64,000 nucleotides of DNA from assembly GCA_965644295.1 (NCBI GenBank), contig CBFFRP010000182.1:186001-250000 (forward strand). Reading direction: 5' to 3'. Shown piece by piece: positions 24,925 to 37,726 of the stretch. Position 1 is the stretch's first letter. Each line of letters opens with the position of its first letter. Both the position numbers and the translations under genes were made by a program. This stretch comes from Paraphysomonas bandaiensis. Its lineage: Eukaryota > Protista > Chrysophyceae. The notes beneath the pieces were generated by a model, which made no database searches, was not told where the DNA came from, and was given only the letters and a program-made list of their open reading frames with translations.

Positions 24925-27243
24925 ATGTTACTATCTAAAACTAACACTCAATTAGTATATATATACACTATTAGTCTTATTGTAGTCTTCATTTTTGTGT
25001 TTTATATCGAATATATTCATTATAGTAGTACCAGCTATGTGTCTGTTCAAGATACTGGACACTGCACTGAAGTATATCATACACATACTGGTCGTTATTA
25101 TGTGGGTCCTGACAAGTGGGAAAGTGAATATGGATTTAATTACCAAAATGCTCCTTATAAACTGCAGTTTTCTGACTATAGGATTGATGCATATGATTCT
25201 GACTCAAAGCAACTGGTGGATCGTTCCACACAGCTTAGAAGCACTATGAATAGCACGGATATTTCTCATAATCTGGTGTTTCTGTCTCATTATCGTGATG
25301 CTTATATCTCCGGCTTATTGCTGTCACTGACGGCATGTGCCAACGATGTATTCAACATTCCTAATAGGGAGGCTGGAGTGGTGTATTCATCGCACGAAGT
25401 TGGTGCAGATGCGGTTGGTTACTCTAAATCAGATGGGGTGATGACTTTATTTTTTCATAATACTAGTTCAATGAATATCAGTGGAAGTGCTGATATTGAT
25501 ATCGTATCACTCACACTGGCAGTGTACATAAACTCCCGTGGTTCTGAAGTACTACGTAACTTTAAAACTCTGGAGTCTAAACTTCTTCCTTTCGAATCGT
25601 TGGTTTATAATGGTGATGAGTATAGCTGTAGACTTGTTGTCAACCCAGACTACCCTCGTATGTCCCCCATATTCTGTGTGACCAATTTTGATAGTACCAA
25701 TGTGTATTGTTTTTTGTTGTCGAGGGGGCTCCCTACACTACCTATAATATCCCACTCAAGTGAGACTTGTTTGCGCTGCAGTCAGAGCCGAGAAAACTCT
25801 ACATGCTCCAAATTTGACTTCACAACATCGGTACTGCGCGTTAGGGACCATTCATATGATAATAGTGGTGTGATCAATTTTAGTAACTCTACTGAACCGT
25901 ATCATGATCTGAAGGCACATTTGGCAGGGGCTTTGCATATTGTCCATGGGGTGTATGGAGGATACTCTGATAGTGTGAGAGAAGCCGCACTACGTAGTGT
26001 TAAAAATCACAGTGACCCGGATGGCTTAGTCACGACATCTGTCAGTGAACTGGGAAATGGTGAATTGCAGTACGTAAGGCAGCATGAGTCCGGGTTTGAT
26101 CTTAGAATCGTTTCTCCTAATGGTCTCTCTGTCGATCGAGGTCACTGCAATGACTTAATTCCGTCCATTTCTGCGCTATCTACCCCATTACCCCATTCTG
26201 TAGCACCAGATCTCTACGAATGTGACCACGAGGAATACGAAACAGTTTTAGTGGGCGTGGGACATGCCATAGCAATCACGACTGGTGTCGCTATAGTTTT
26301 GGCCTTAATTTACATGTGCTGTATTACATGTATGTGCAATAACCCACAATCAACAGAAACCAACGGTGATGGAAATAGCCCTCCACTGCTCCCGTCGTCC
26401 GATGATAAATCAGCGGATGATGATAGCATTTACGGTGGATCCTCTGGGGATGAAGGTGTACTCAATTACCGTCGCGAGAAGCAACGCAAAGCTGAACTTG
26501 CCGCTTTGAAAACTGCATCCAATGATGCCAATGTTTCACACAGTAATGTTTCTTACAAACCATTATCAGGTGGGGTTCTTATTCCTAATGGAACCGGTGT
26601 GCTTAGCATGGAGGGTATTGAAATGCTTTCTGCAGAAGGGCACGATTTGACAACGCCAACTGCACAAGGCACACAACAGGAATCAAGCGCTGTTCATTCA
26701 AGCGGGCCTGTTCATATTTCGGTTGAAGATGCAGACTACACGGAAATGTCCGAAGCTGCTTCGTTGTCACCTCCTTCCGACCGCACTAACCAGGAGGACC
26801 ACCAGAGAGAGTTATTATTCAGTGCAGCTGCAGTCGGCAGCCCAGTACATATTCGTGTCGAGGGCACTTCAACCACCGACATTTCTAGAGACGAGTCGGA
26901 GACAAGTAACGTATTGCCGCTTGAGAATTCTACTATGAATGACGGGGATGTTTTTCTATCATTTTCGGACAGTGATGACCAGAATGTGTACGATTGCAAC
27001 GCATTGGAACGAAGTGAATCCTTCAAGCAATTGGATAACAGTTTTAACTCAGTGGACGGTCTGCCACATGACTGGGATAGATCGTTACTGTCATTGACAC
27101 CCAGTCAGAACCACAGAACGACTGTGCGCCGGTCACAGACAACACATGTTCAACTCAACTCAGGGCAGGGTGATAGCACGGATTCTGACGAGGACGTGTC
27201 TGTCCCAGTGCGAGTATTAGTGTCGAGAGGGTACACCCTTTGA
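24925..27243 (+). CDS. Intronless membrane protein with two TM helices, a large Cys/N-glycosylation-site-rich loop and a disordered acidic tail
   Basis: 772-aa ORF with TM at about aa 10-30 and about aa 440-470; many NxS/T sites in the loop. Confidence 0.75.
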   Translation: MLLSKTNTQLVYIYTISLIVVFIFVFYIEYIHYSSTSYVSVQDTGHCTEVYHTHTGRYYVGPDKWESEYGFNYQNAPYKLQFSDYRIDAYDSDSKQLVDRSTQLRSTMNSTDISHNLVFLSHYRDAYISGLLLSLTACANDVFNIPNREAGVVYSSHEVGADAVGYSKSDGVMTLFFHNTSSMNISGSADIDIVSLTLAVYINSRGSEVLRNFKTLESKLLPFESLVYNGDEYSCRLVVNPDYPRMSPIFCVTNFDSTNVYCFLLSRGLPTLPIISHSSETCLRCSQSRENSTCSKFDFTTSVLRVRDHSYDNSGVINFSNSTEPYHDLKAHLAGALHIVHGVYGGYSDSVREAALRSVKNHSDPDGLVTTSVSELGNGELQYVRQHESGFDLRIVSPNGLSVDRGHCNDLIPSISALSTPLPHSVAPDLYECDHEEYETVLVGVGHAIAITTGVAIVLALIYMCCITCMCNNPQSTETNGDGNSPPLLPSSDDKSADDDSIYGGSSGDEGVLNYRREKQRKAELAALKTASNDANVSHSNVSYKPLSGGVLIPNGTGVLSMEGIEMLSAEGHDLTTPTAQGTQQESSAVHSSGPVHISVEDADYTEMSEAASLSPPSDRTNQEDHQRELLFSAAAVGSPVHIRVEGTSTTDISRDESETSNVLPLENSTMNDGDVFLSFSDSDDQNVYDCNALERSESFKQLDNSFNSVDGLPHDWDRSLLSLTPSQNHRTTVRRSQTTHVQLNSGQGDSTDSDEDVSVPVRVLVSRGYTL

Positions 27244-28709
27244 AACGTGATTCAATATTATATACTATAGATAATACTAAATTTACCAATATACAAGCTC
27301 TTTTCAACATCAATGTGTATAATTGGTTGCTGCTCTTAAACTTCACCAGTTTTTGGCATATATAATATATAGAAACTAATACTCGACGAAATTGATGTTA
27401 AACTAATGATTTCGTTCTTGGTTAATAGGATAATATATAAAAAATTTCTCTGCGTAAATATTCTTTTCTTCGACAAGCGTTTATGCTTAACCGCATACTT
27501 AAACTCAGTAGTGAATGTCTTAGTATTATTAATAGGCGTGTAAGAGTCATAACCAACAAAGTCGCGTTGCGACTTCAAGTATCACTTTTACAGCTACTAA
27601 ATTTTTCACTAGTTCCTACTATTCGATTAGCACTTACCATTGCAACATTGGCGCTGGTGCTTCAAATGCATACATGGCTGCTTCTTCGCATGAAGTCCAT
27701 GGCCGTGGCAAGCTGTGGAACGGTGGAGCCCCAGACAGAATATCTACATACACGTGTCGCCTAGTATCTACATATTTATCCCTTCATCTAATTCCCTAGC
27801 GATTGAGTTACCTCGTAGCTTACTCGGCACTGTGTTAGTACGTGCGTACCACTGCTAACTTTTAGTTTTAGTAGGTTTGAATGTAATTTTAAAATAGCTG
27901 AAGTATTTAGCAGGCTCAACTACTATTATTAGCAAGAAAGAAATAAGGTTTATATCTAATCTTAGTGTTCAGTGTTCAATGAAATATGTACTTCGTATTA
28001 TTTAAAAGGTAAAGATTGATTATAATAAACTTGACATGAAGAATAAAGCCTAGTAGTATAATAGCAATACACGGTAGAATAGAGCAATAGAACCAATCAT
28101 ACATTAGCGTATCTAGTACAGAGTACAGTCGCGTATCGTGTATAGTCTGTCAATTATTCAGTCAATTGATATTTCATTGCATTATTTTGTTGCACTCACG
28201 AGTTAAGGAATATACGTGAATCAATTAATCTTAATAGTAAGATCAGATGAAATATTTAGTAGGAACATAAACTACATATTGCTGTGATTTCAGATATAAC
28301 TCTTAATTAAAATAATTTTCTTAAAAGTACTTCATGATAGCGTTTCACCTAAAGGTATTTAATTCTATCTCGTTGGAGTGCCAATACTGATATTGTGATC
28401 AAATGACAAGGTTGGTGTAAATATACTAGTATGTTCCCTGAATACAAGTTACCAATATATTCAACTTTGTCGATTAATATGTTCTTATATTATATGTATA
28501 GCAAACGTAACATCAAGCTCTGCAAGGATTGGGCGTAGAACAATATTTTGATACTTAAACTACTTGATACATCCTTGAATGCTTTCTAGTTGAACTGGAG
28601 ACATAAACCTCGTTTTTATTCCTGAGACTGTACTCTTCATTCCGGGTGTGGTAATGATATATATTTTAAATTTATCTTGGTTGTTTTCTTTCCATTGCGT
28701 CAGCGATAT

Positions 28710-29498
28710 TTACGCCGTAATTTGGGACACTTTCACCCAGTCAATCACATGTGTTGCGGGATAAACAGCATTTGGTCCAGGTGGCATATACCAAGCCACA
28801 GCAGTATCAAGGATGAAATACATCGGGGAAGTAGGAAATATGACATCATTAGATGACACTGTCTCATATTCGACTCCATCCACACTGAATATAAGCTCTG
28901 TTTCAGTCCATTCCACCGCAAATACATGAAAATCTGCTGACCAATCAATTTCAGGTGATCCCAAAGGAGGATATGCAGCACCAGGCAATATCTGCTCATC
29001 CTCTGTACATTCAGTTCCCCATCTATACGATCCATATATTTGATTAACAAATGGATTTGATGTTGCTTCCATGATATCAATTTCACCACCAGTTGGCCAA
29101 CATTGATCACTATCAGGCATAAGCCAATGTGCTGGCCATGCACCTGTAGCAGATTGTGGTGGTAATTTTGCACGTACTTCAAATTTACCCAAATAAAAAG
29201 TTTTTGATCCTACTATCCAACCAGATGTATAATTAAACTCCTCATTGGATGGACCACCTACTACAGTCTCCTTCATTGTAGTAATAGTCAAATACCCATC
29301 ATTAACTTGTACGTTTTTTTCAAGATATAAACTAAGTTCACATGGACTACAGTGTATTGTATTATTGTATATAGTCCATGAAGTGGTATCTATTGAAGTA
29401 CCATCAAAGTCATCGAAATATACAACTTCATAATCGGCGGTAGATAAAGTGTATATGATTGAGAGGATAGTGAGGGTGAAGAAAGTGTTATGGAACAT
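28710..29498 (-). CDS. Secreted glycoside hydrolase family 16 (laminarinase-like beta-1,3-glucanase)
   Basis: Signal peptide, FDDFDG, YTSG, WPAHWLMP, catalytic GEIDIME, DFHVFAVEW and IDWVKV. Confidence 0.93.
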   Translation of the reverse strand: MFHNTFFTLTILSIIYTLSTADYEVVYFDDFDGTSIDTTSWTIYNNTIHCSPCELSLYLEKNVQVNDGYLTITTMKETVVGGPSNEEFNYTSGWIVGSKTFYLGKFEVRAKLPPQSATGAWPAHWLMPDSDQCWPTGGEIDIMEATSNPFVNQIYGSYRWGTECTEDEQILPGAAYPPLGSPEIDWSADFHVFAVEWTETELIFSVDGVEYETVSSNDVIFPTSPMYFILDTAVAWYMPPGPNAVYPATHVIDWVKVSQITA

Positions 29499-29602
29499 TT
29501 TTAGTAAGGTAGAGTGTGGGATATTTATTTAGATAACCAGATATAGATATACTATGCTTAATAGTAACAATAATATGTATAATAAACCCGCAGCCCAGCC
29601 CG

Positions 29603-30108
29603 CATACATACATACATACATACATACATACATACATACATACATACATACATACATACATACATACATACATACATACATACATACAAACATACATACA
29701 TACATACATACATACATACATACATACATACATACATACATACATACATACATACATACATACATACATACATACATACATACATACATACATACATACA
29801 TACATACATACATACATACATACATACATACATACATACATACATACATACATACATACATACATACATACATACATACATACATACATACATACATACA
29901 TACATACATACATACATACATACATACATACATACATACATACATACATACATACATACATACATACATACATACATACATACATACATACATACATACA
30001 TACATACATACATACATACATACATACATACATACATACATACATACATACATACATACATACATACATACATACATACATACATACATACATACATACA
30101 TACATACA
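29603..30108. repeat. (CATA)n microsatellite, about 126 units
   Basis: Pure tetranucleotide array with a single CAAA variant near 29688. Confidence 0.99.
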
Positions 30109-30352
30109 GCATATTCCACTAATTCTCCTTGAGTAAGCTAACCACTAATTCACATATCCATGCCATACCGTCTAAACATCATGTTCATTACAAAGCATTT
30201 ACAGCATCACTTCTTATCTAACACTCTGTTATAGTATCTCTCTTATATTGTATTACTTAAGAATACATCCTCTGTATATCACATACATACATACATACAT
30301 ACATATCCTACTAACACACACATATCACACACATACATACATACATCTTAAC

Positions 30353-32385
30353 ATGACAATAGAATCTAATGAAATCTTATATCAAGGATGGTTAATAAAA
30401 AAAGGTTCCTTTATAAAAAACTGGAAAAGAAGATGGTTTCTATTAACGCTGAACTCCTTAAACTACTATGTCTCTGATACTAACATGAGGACCTTTAAAG
30501 GATCCATTGAGATTAATGAATCAACAGTATTATTACATCGTGATGGTAGACGACATTATTATAAATTTGGTATACAAACAGGAAATCGTATATTAGAGTT
30601 ATCTGCTGATGATGAGGATGAGAGATCTCAATGGATTCATGCGATACAGAGTGTAATTAGAAGACATATATCACATAATACCAATCAACATATACATCAT
30701 ACATTATCAAATAGTACTAATGAATTATCTTCATCTAATGAGATTATTGAAGTGGGTTGGTTACAGAAAAAAGGATCAGTAGTAAAGAACTGGAAAAGAA
30801 GATGGTTTGTGTTGAAAAAACACACACTGGAGTACTTTTTCTTTGAATCTGAAACTCCTAATGAGTTTAATCAAAGAGGATTCATCGACTTGGACAGTAG
30901 TACGAAAGTATTAATTCAAGATGGAATTCAACAACATCAGTTCATATTTGGTGTGCAAACAGGCAAACGTGTTCTCGAGCTATCCGCCGAATCAGACATG
31001 GAGCGGCTACGATGGATGGATGCTATTCACCGCGTAATAAATATGCACTCTACTGATATGAATTCAAAGGGGAGTAAGAAAGTAGGTGTCGTTCTCAGTA
31101 GTGTGCTGTCAAAGAAATGCTCTATGGAGGAAGACACGCTTATGAATAGAGCACTTATGGGACAGCGAGTTAAACCTCCACCCGTAGCTACCTCGGAAAC
31201 GACGGCAACCTGCTCTTCCGCCGTTCACGCTAGACGGAAGCGTACAACTGGAGGAAAGCCAATGCGGTCAAGAGGGCGACTGACCCATACACACAATGGC
31301 AAGACAGCTGAAGAACCACAGTCAGAGAACCGTGGTGATTCCAGTGATGAAAGTAAACATGATGACAGAAGAGATCATATACGTGCTGAACCTCAAGATG
31401 AAATTCAAAGCAAATTTTCAACACAATCGAAAAATTCTTCAGAGGATGTGAACACTCTTCCTGGAAAGCAGTCCGATTTACCTTCTCCTACAACTGAGGC
31501 AGAAAGTACTTCTACTACTGTATCAAATGAAACCAAGGCTCCCTCCTTTTCTCCAGAAATAGAGTGTGAATCTGATATTCCTCCTGGCTGGGAGGCAGTT
31601 CAGACAGAGGATGGGCGGACATATTATTATCATACTGTTACTCGTATATCTCGGTACGAATATTTTTTGCATGACCACCATTTCAAATGCTAATAATATT
31701 TTCTATGCAGATGGGATTTACCTTCAGGGCATGTAACATCTGCACTTAATCAGCGGCTAGATGAGAGTAAAAAGTATACAGATGAGAAAATTGAGGTATG
31801 ATCTATTTATATAGTGATAGTATCATAGGACTGATGAATACGATAGAGAAGGAGAGTGGAGCTAGAGCAAGTAAGACTCGAGGAGGAACGTATAGCGGCA
31901 GAGATGGAGAAATTAAAGGTAAATAGATCACAAGCAGCTATTTTTTACTAACTGTAGCGAGTAGGCTGGTGTGCGATTAGCCATTGAACGTTGGCGACAT
32001 CCGACTGATATGAAACGACCACGCTCTCTTGGTGAACTCCTTTCCAATATCCCTGACCTGCTAGGGCCAACTATATGCCCAGAGTTTAGCATCAGTAGAT
32101 CGCCTCTCACTCTTTCCACGTCTCCCACAGAGGTAAACGATTTGAGAGTATGTTTATTTCCCAATCCTGATTGAGTATTAGATAAAGAAAGCATATCTCA
32201 AGGCTGTTCGACTAGTTCATCCAGACAAACTAGCAGGTATGTAGCTACTGTTGCAATGCTACTTCAATCTTGATGCGGTGTGTATAGCTGTGGACGTTGA
32301 TATAGAGAAGAAAATGCTTGCACATGAGGTATTTATTCGGATATCTGAGGAATATGTATTGTTCAGGAAAGCTCATGACCTTTAG
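30353..32385 (+). CDS. PH-PH-WW-coiled coil-J-domain protein (auxilin-like J domain), multi-exon
   Basis: Two PH domains (GWLxKKGS..KNWKRRWF), a WW domain (PPGWEAVQTEDGRTYYYHTVTRISR|WDLP) and a spliced J domain KKAYLKAVRLVHPDKL...KMLAHEVFIRISEEY. Confidence 0.88.
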
Positions 32386-32942
32386 CATACACTACATATA
32401 TATATAATGGATTATGTGTTCAGTGATTACATTATTGCAGTTCTTAGTGGACTGCTTCGTCTGTGATTACAACCAGTACTATTGAGACACATTATATTGG
32501 AAAATTTGTCTGATGACTACGTTGTATAGACAGTCAATAGTATGTAGAGGGTGAATTATATTATTTCATAGTAACAATTTATGAAATATTTTTATATTAT
32601 AGTTTTGGATGGCATATATATTCTTCTGTACCTGTGTCAAGTGATTTTAATATAAACGTAGTTGTAAAACGTCGCATCTTACGTCTAGACTCTAGACTAG
32701 TAAATATGTTAACTACTATTAGTAGAAAGTATAAATCGTGGCCCTCTGCTTGCTACAATATATTTTACATTCTACTCATGCTATTTAGGTCCCTATTGTA
32801 TGTTCTATTCAATAAAAGCCATACATCAGATATCAGATGTGTATAATATCTAATATCTCTAGACCCTCAACAAAGTCGGACTCGCACGTTTTTGTTGTGT
32901 TAGGAGACAAGTACCAGAGATGTTTCTCTGGGAAACTAACAT

Positions 32943-33334
32943 AGGGAAATATTTTTTAGTCCAGGGCTTGGTAACCGTTAATGGTAATTGTGGCATTAAT
33001 GGTCATTAACGCCCATTATAATTGCCGGGACATTTTTCATTAACGACATTATAATTGCCGGGAACTGGACTACCATTAATGGGTCATTAATGGTTACCAG
33101 GCCCTGATTCAGGGTAGTCAAATTTATGTAATTTCTTAATCACACTATTTTTTGTGTAAACATACCTAGCCAAAGTAATAAATGATTCAACCTAGTCCAT
33201 TTTAGTTATAAACCTAGTCAAAAATTATTGCATGTGACTAGGTTTATAACTAAAATGGACTAGGTTTTTACACCTCTAATTTGGTGTGACTAGGACATTA
33301 CACCAAATTGACTATAGGTTGAATAATACATCCC
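32943..33334. mobile_element. Fold-back MITE with GACTAGG subrepeats (family also at 45814-45883 and 55043-55165), interrupted by a nested hAT-type MITE
   Basis: Left end agggaaatatt...cctagtc repeats and right end gactaggtt...gaataatacatccc; the left arm matches the reverse complement of 55043-55165. Confidence 0.7.
32962..33106. mobile_element. hAT-type MITE (145 bp)
   Basis: TIRs cagggcttggtaacc / ggttaccaggccctg (1 mismatch); internal cattaatg and ataattgccggga subrepeats. Confidence 0.8.
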
Positions 33335-34131
33335 ACTAGCGTAAGCCGCATAATATATATAGTCAGCATATATAATTTTCTCTCCCACTCATGGAAAAAT
33401 AAGTGAAACGTGTGTGATGCAAGGGACACCAATTGCTAACAATAAGACTCACTACTAATGCGAATATCTAGATACAGTATGTCATTTTTAGTGAAAGTAG
33501 TGTTAGTGTACGTCATATCTATAGATTTGTAACAAACGCACTGTTGAGTAAAGTTTTTGTCGATTGAATATATACTACTTTCTTATTTATACTAAAATTT
33601 ATGATTTGTTCCTGTTATGAAAAATCATACAACAAAATATATACATTCTAAAAAAGCAAAACCGTTTGTATCATTTTCTTTATCTTATTTTTAAAACGTT
33701 TAAGGGTTTTTGATAAAGTTATTGTTTTGAGACATGTGAGAGCAACTATCAACACCAATGTTTAATTAAGCCATCTATTTTGATAGATGCTGTGATACTG
33801 TGTACTGTAGTCGTTTACCTTCTTTGTACACTTTCCTTATTCTTATATTACTGCAGTTATCAATTTTTGGTATACCATTGCAACAAAAGTATACATAGTA
33901 GCAACAAATACCAATGGTACATTCATGCATTCATGTACTAGAGTAGGTTGTGTTCTTATACATATAATCCCATTGCTTAGTTTTTTAGAAATGTTCGAGT
34001 AAACGTTTTTATGTTATATTCTTCGTAGTTACGATTCGTAGTCTGTTGTCTGTTATTACACGAAATTATTAATTAAGGGAGCACCACACTATATCTATTA
34101 TGAGCGGTATTATCTATTATCTACATATTGG

Positions 34132-34229
34132 TATTAATAGCAATTAATGGGCCATTATGATAATTGCCGCGATATTTTTCAATTATAATTGACGGGAACT
34201 GGATTACCACTAATGGCTACGAGGCCTGA
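34132..34229. mobile_element. Degenerate partial copy of the 32962-33106 MITE
   Basis: ataattgccgcg...ataattgacgggaactggattaccactaatggctacgaggcctg resembles the right half of that element. Confidence 0.6.
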
Positions 34230-34578
34230 ATTGAATATCCTATATATTCTTTTTATCGCCATATACAAAGTAAAAATATATATTCAAGTAAGTATAAAGG
34301 GTAATACAACTCGATAAGCAAAACCAAGCTACCAACTATCAAGGAATGAAGAATTTATTATAAAATTTAGAAGTGCACTACATTGAGTCCTGTAGATATA
34401 TATCTAGATGGAAGGCACCTTTCAACTCGTCACATAAAAATAGAAGAGGTTTAGGGCGATAGACTGTAACTGAACCTTTGCCTCTTATATGTCGTGACAA
34501 ACGACACTGTGTTGTTTTACAGTCTATAAACCACACATGACATTGGACAATACTCTCTAAAGAAATTGCAATACACCT

Positions 34579-37208
34579 TCACCCATTTATGATAGCGTAA
34601 ATCATAATTGCAAAATACACCATGATATAATAGTAAGACATCCTGTGAAGTATAATTAACACAGAAGATATGTGAAATTGAAATAAGCTATCAACTCACC
34701 ATAGTCGTATTTGCCACTTGTGCAGCATGACAACAACATAGAAGGCAATTAGTACCGCGAGCAAAAGCAGTAACATAAATACAATCCCGTCGTCCTGCAT
34801 TTTATCGTAGGCTTTAAATCCGTCCGTTAGCACATGCACCAACCACGGAAGTCCAAGGGCAATGCATATGTTGAATGTATTAGACCCAAAAGCGTTACTA
34901 ACCGCCATATCTCCAAGTCCCTGCCTTGCAACTAACATCGAACTGGGGCATAATGGCGTTAAAAATAAAAGGTATAGTAAAGAAATATACCTCCATAGAT
35001 TAGGAAAAGACGTCCCAATAGCAGAGAGAGTGAGTCCCATTACTACAAAAGTGTGCTTAGTATAGCCTCAAAGGATGTATAATAAACAATTCCCAAAATC
35101 TAAAATATAACCTATTCTACAAAACATACCGATAGGTGACGCCCCTATGAATGCACCAAGGTTGTCGCAGCACTGAATCATAAGGAAAGAGAGCAGTGCT
35201 AACCACACTACAGACATCAATAGGCACAGTATGTACTTTCCACGTCCGCCAGGAACAAGAACATTTGGAAGTGTATGGTACAGCATGAATTTGAGAGGGT
35301 ATATCGTCCAGTGCCAACATAATGACAACGAGGACATGGGATCTCCAGGTTTAACCTTTGGTTCCTCAAGGAGGTCACCATGGTGTAGTTCCTCCCCATT
35401 TGTCCCAACATCACACCCACCATCAAGCGTTCTCCTATATATCAATTTAATCTGAGCAATGCACCATATCCAAGCACCAACCTTGCAATCTTGGCCGCCT
35501 CGTTCCTGATTTCCATCGTGTGCATTTTCACAGCTGCTACAAGTCCTTCCAGTCTCTCTACCGTAGCTACCAGAATATCTGTATTTGGTGCTTTGAATTC
35601 CACTGGTCTCCCTTCAGACCGGTTGATCATAAATTCTCCATTGTCGCGATTAGTTACTACAACCGAGTGCACACTCGTCATGTCCACTATCTGTATATGT
35701 GGACCTCGAGGAGCACTTGTGCGCTCCTTTCTTGAGTGAAACCCATATTGATCAATAGTAAAGTAACGAAGGGACCATTTCTTGTGCTCTGGGAGACATG
35801 ACATGCGATAAAAGGATGAACGCTCATACAAGTACACCGATAAGGACTGCTGGCTCACCACCATTGTCGATATCTCCTTCCTATCTGGGCCAGGGAACAG
35901 CCAATGCATACAAGAGGGAAGACCACTGGCAGAGGTAGTAGTAGCTACGCGAACTGCATTTTCTCCACATTCTTCCGGCAGGTTGTCGAAACGTATTGCT
36001 GATGATCGCCAAGTGTAGAGCGGAGTATCGGCAACGAATGTTGCCCTGCTCTGTGACCAGTCTACTGTTGTCAATCGTGATGACTCGTCCTGAAGTTTGC
36101 TGACACCCTCGGGGAGATACTTTGCAGCTCGCTGGACTTGAAGAGAACGTCGGAGAGAAGACGGTTCACCTATGGTGAGACGATCTGAGGCGGGCGTCCA
36201 GGTTGTACGAGAAGCAGTGCCTCCAACGCTCACTTCCGCCTGATCTGAACTCATTGCTGTGGCTAACATGAGCGCAATCCGATCCTCTTCCGTTTGCCCA
36301 TTAGTGCTTCTCTCAGGATCACCGTCTGACGTCAACGCTGCGGTGGCCATGCAGAAAGACGAGTTGAAGCTGTTTACATCTGGGTCTGGATCAGAATTAG
36401 GCATCGGGCACATTAACGCAATGAGACGCTGGAAATTTCCAGAAACAATTGCATAGACCACATACAGACCCACCAGACCCGATGCATGGCCTACTGTAAC
36501 GTGAAGACACTTCTCCCTTTCACCAGAGTCAAACATATGTGGAATCGCTTTCACCACTGAACCTGTATAAACCATATCAGGACAAACTCATAAGTTTGTA
36601 CGAGTAAAGCGTATCCCAAACCTTTCAGTGCCCAGATCAAAAACAGCAAGGAGAAGAAGTAAGCAGCTACATCTCGACTAAAAACACGCTTTTCGAGCTG
36701 CAGAACTCCAGTTTTCGAATACATTACACTACCAGCACATATAACCATATGATTAAATATCTCAGACCCGACCACAGTTCCAACTCCAATAGCAGAGTGA
36801 TTAACAAACAATGCAATAAATGAAGTAAACATCTCTGGTGAAGATGCCCCTAATATATAATAATGATAATATATTCTATATAATGAGATATATATATACA
36901 CACCTGCAGCCATAAATGTGGCACCTGCAACATCATCCGGTACATTTAACTCCTCACACATAATGTTTAATGCTGGTACAAAGTATTCTTCACATACTAC
37001 AGCTAAACCCCAAAACATGGCACATACACCAAGTAAAAGAATTAAAAAACCCCTGTTTTAATATATATAAGATGATGATTCTTGTCATATATATGGATAT
37101 CTACCCATCATTAACCCAACGTGGAGATTCATCCGTTTCACTAGCATTATCACATTGTGAAGCAAAACTAGTTGATAAGAATAAAAATACTAGAATAAAT
37201 GATACCAT
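34579..37208 (-). CDS. K+-dependent Na+/Ca2+ exchanger (NCKX/SLC24-like) with a PH domain in the central loop, multi-exon
   Basis: Alpha-1 motif AGATFMAAG|ASSPEMF...GTVVGSEIFN and alpha-2 motif GLTLSAIGTSFPN...GDMAVSNAFGSNTFNI; signal peptide MVSFILVFLFLSTSFA. Confidence 0.92.
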
Positions 37209-37726
37209 AATTATGTTGTTTAATGGATTACTTCATTGTTTGAATGTCAATGTTGGGTTTGATCATATATATATATATGTATGTGTAGGTGATACAATGA
37301 TGGCATCAACTCCATACATATATACAGCAGTATATATGTACACATATATAGTACTGCTCCTATAGATACACTATACACAAGTAGATTTTGATTTTTATTG
37401 GTTTACAAAATCCTATTTTTAGCACTAATAGTTACAGAATTTTGGAAGATTTGGTCTATTCATATTATTTCAAGAGATTTTTAAGAATAAAGTAGTCTAT
37501 CTGCTGTAGATATCCGGATATCCAGCTACCCCTCTGCTGTATCCGTAGTATGTTAAGGAAGATCACCCAAAAAGTGGACAGTCCCACTAGTACTTCGTAG
37601 TATGGTATATGCACATATCTCTGCAGCAATCAGCACTCTGCACTCTGCAGTATACTGACACAGACACAAGCTAGTTCTTGAACTACCATACGCTTCATTC
37701 ACAGATTGACGATAACTTTACGAGCA

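Noticed and set aside
29488-30132. ORFs reading MYVCMYVC or IHTYIHTY
   Set aside because: Translations of the (CATA)n microsatellite, which has no stop codons.
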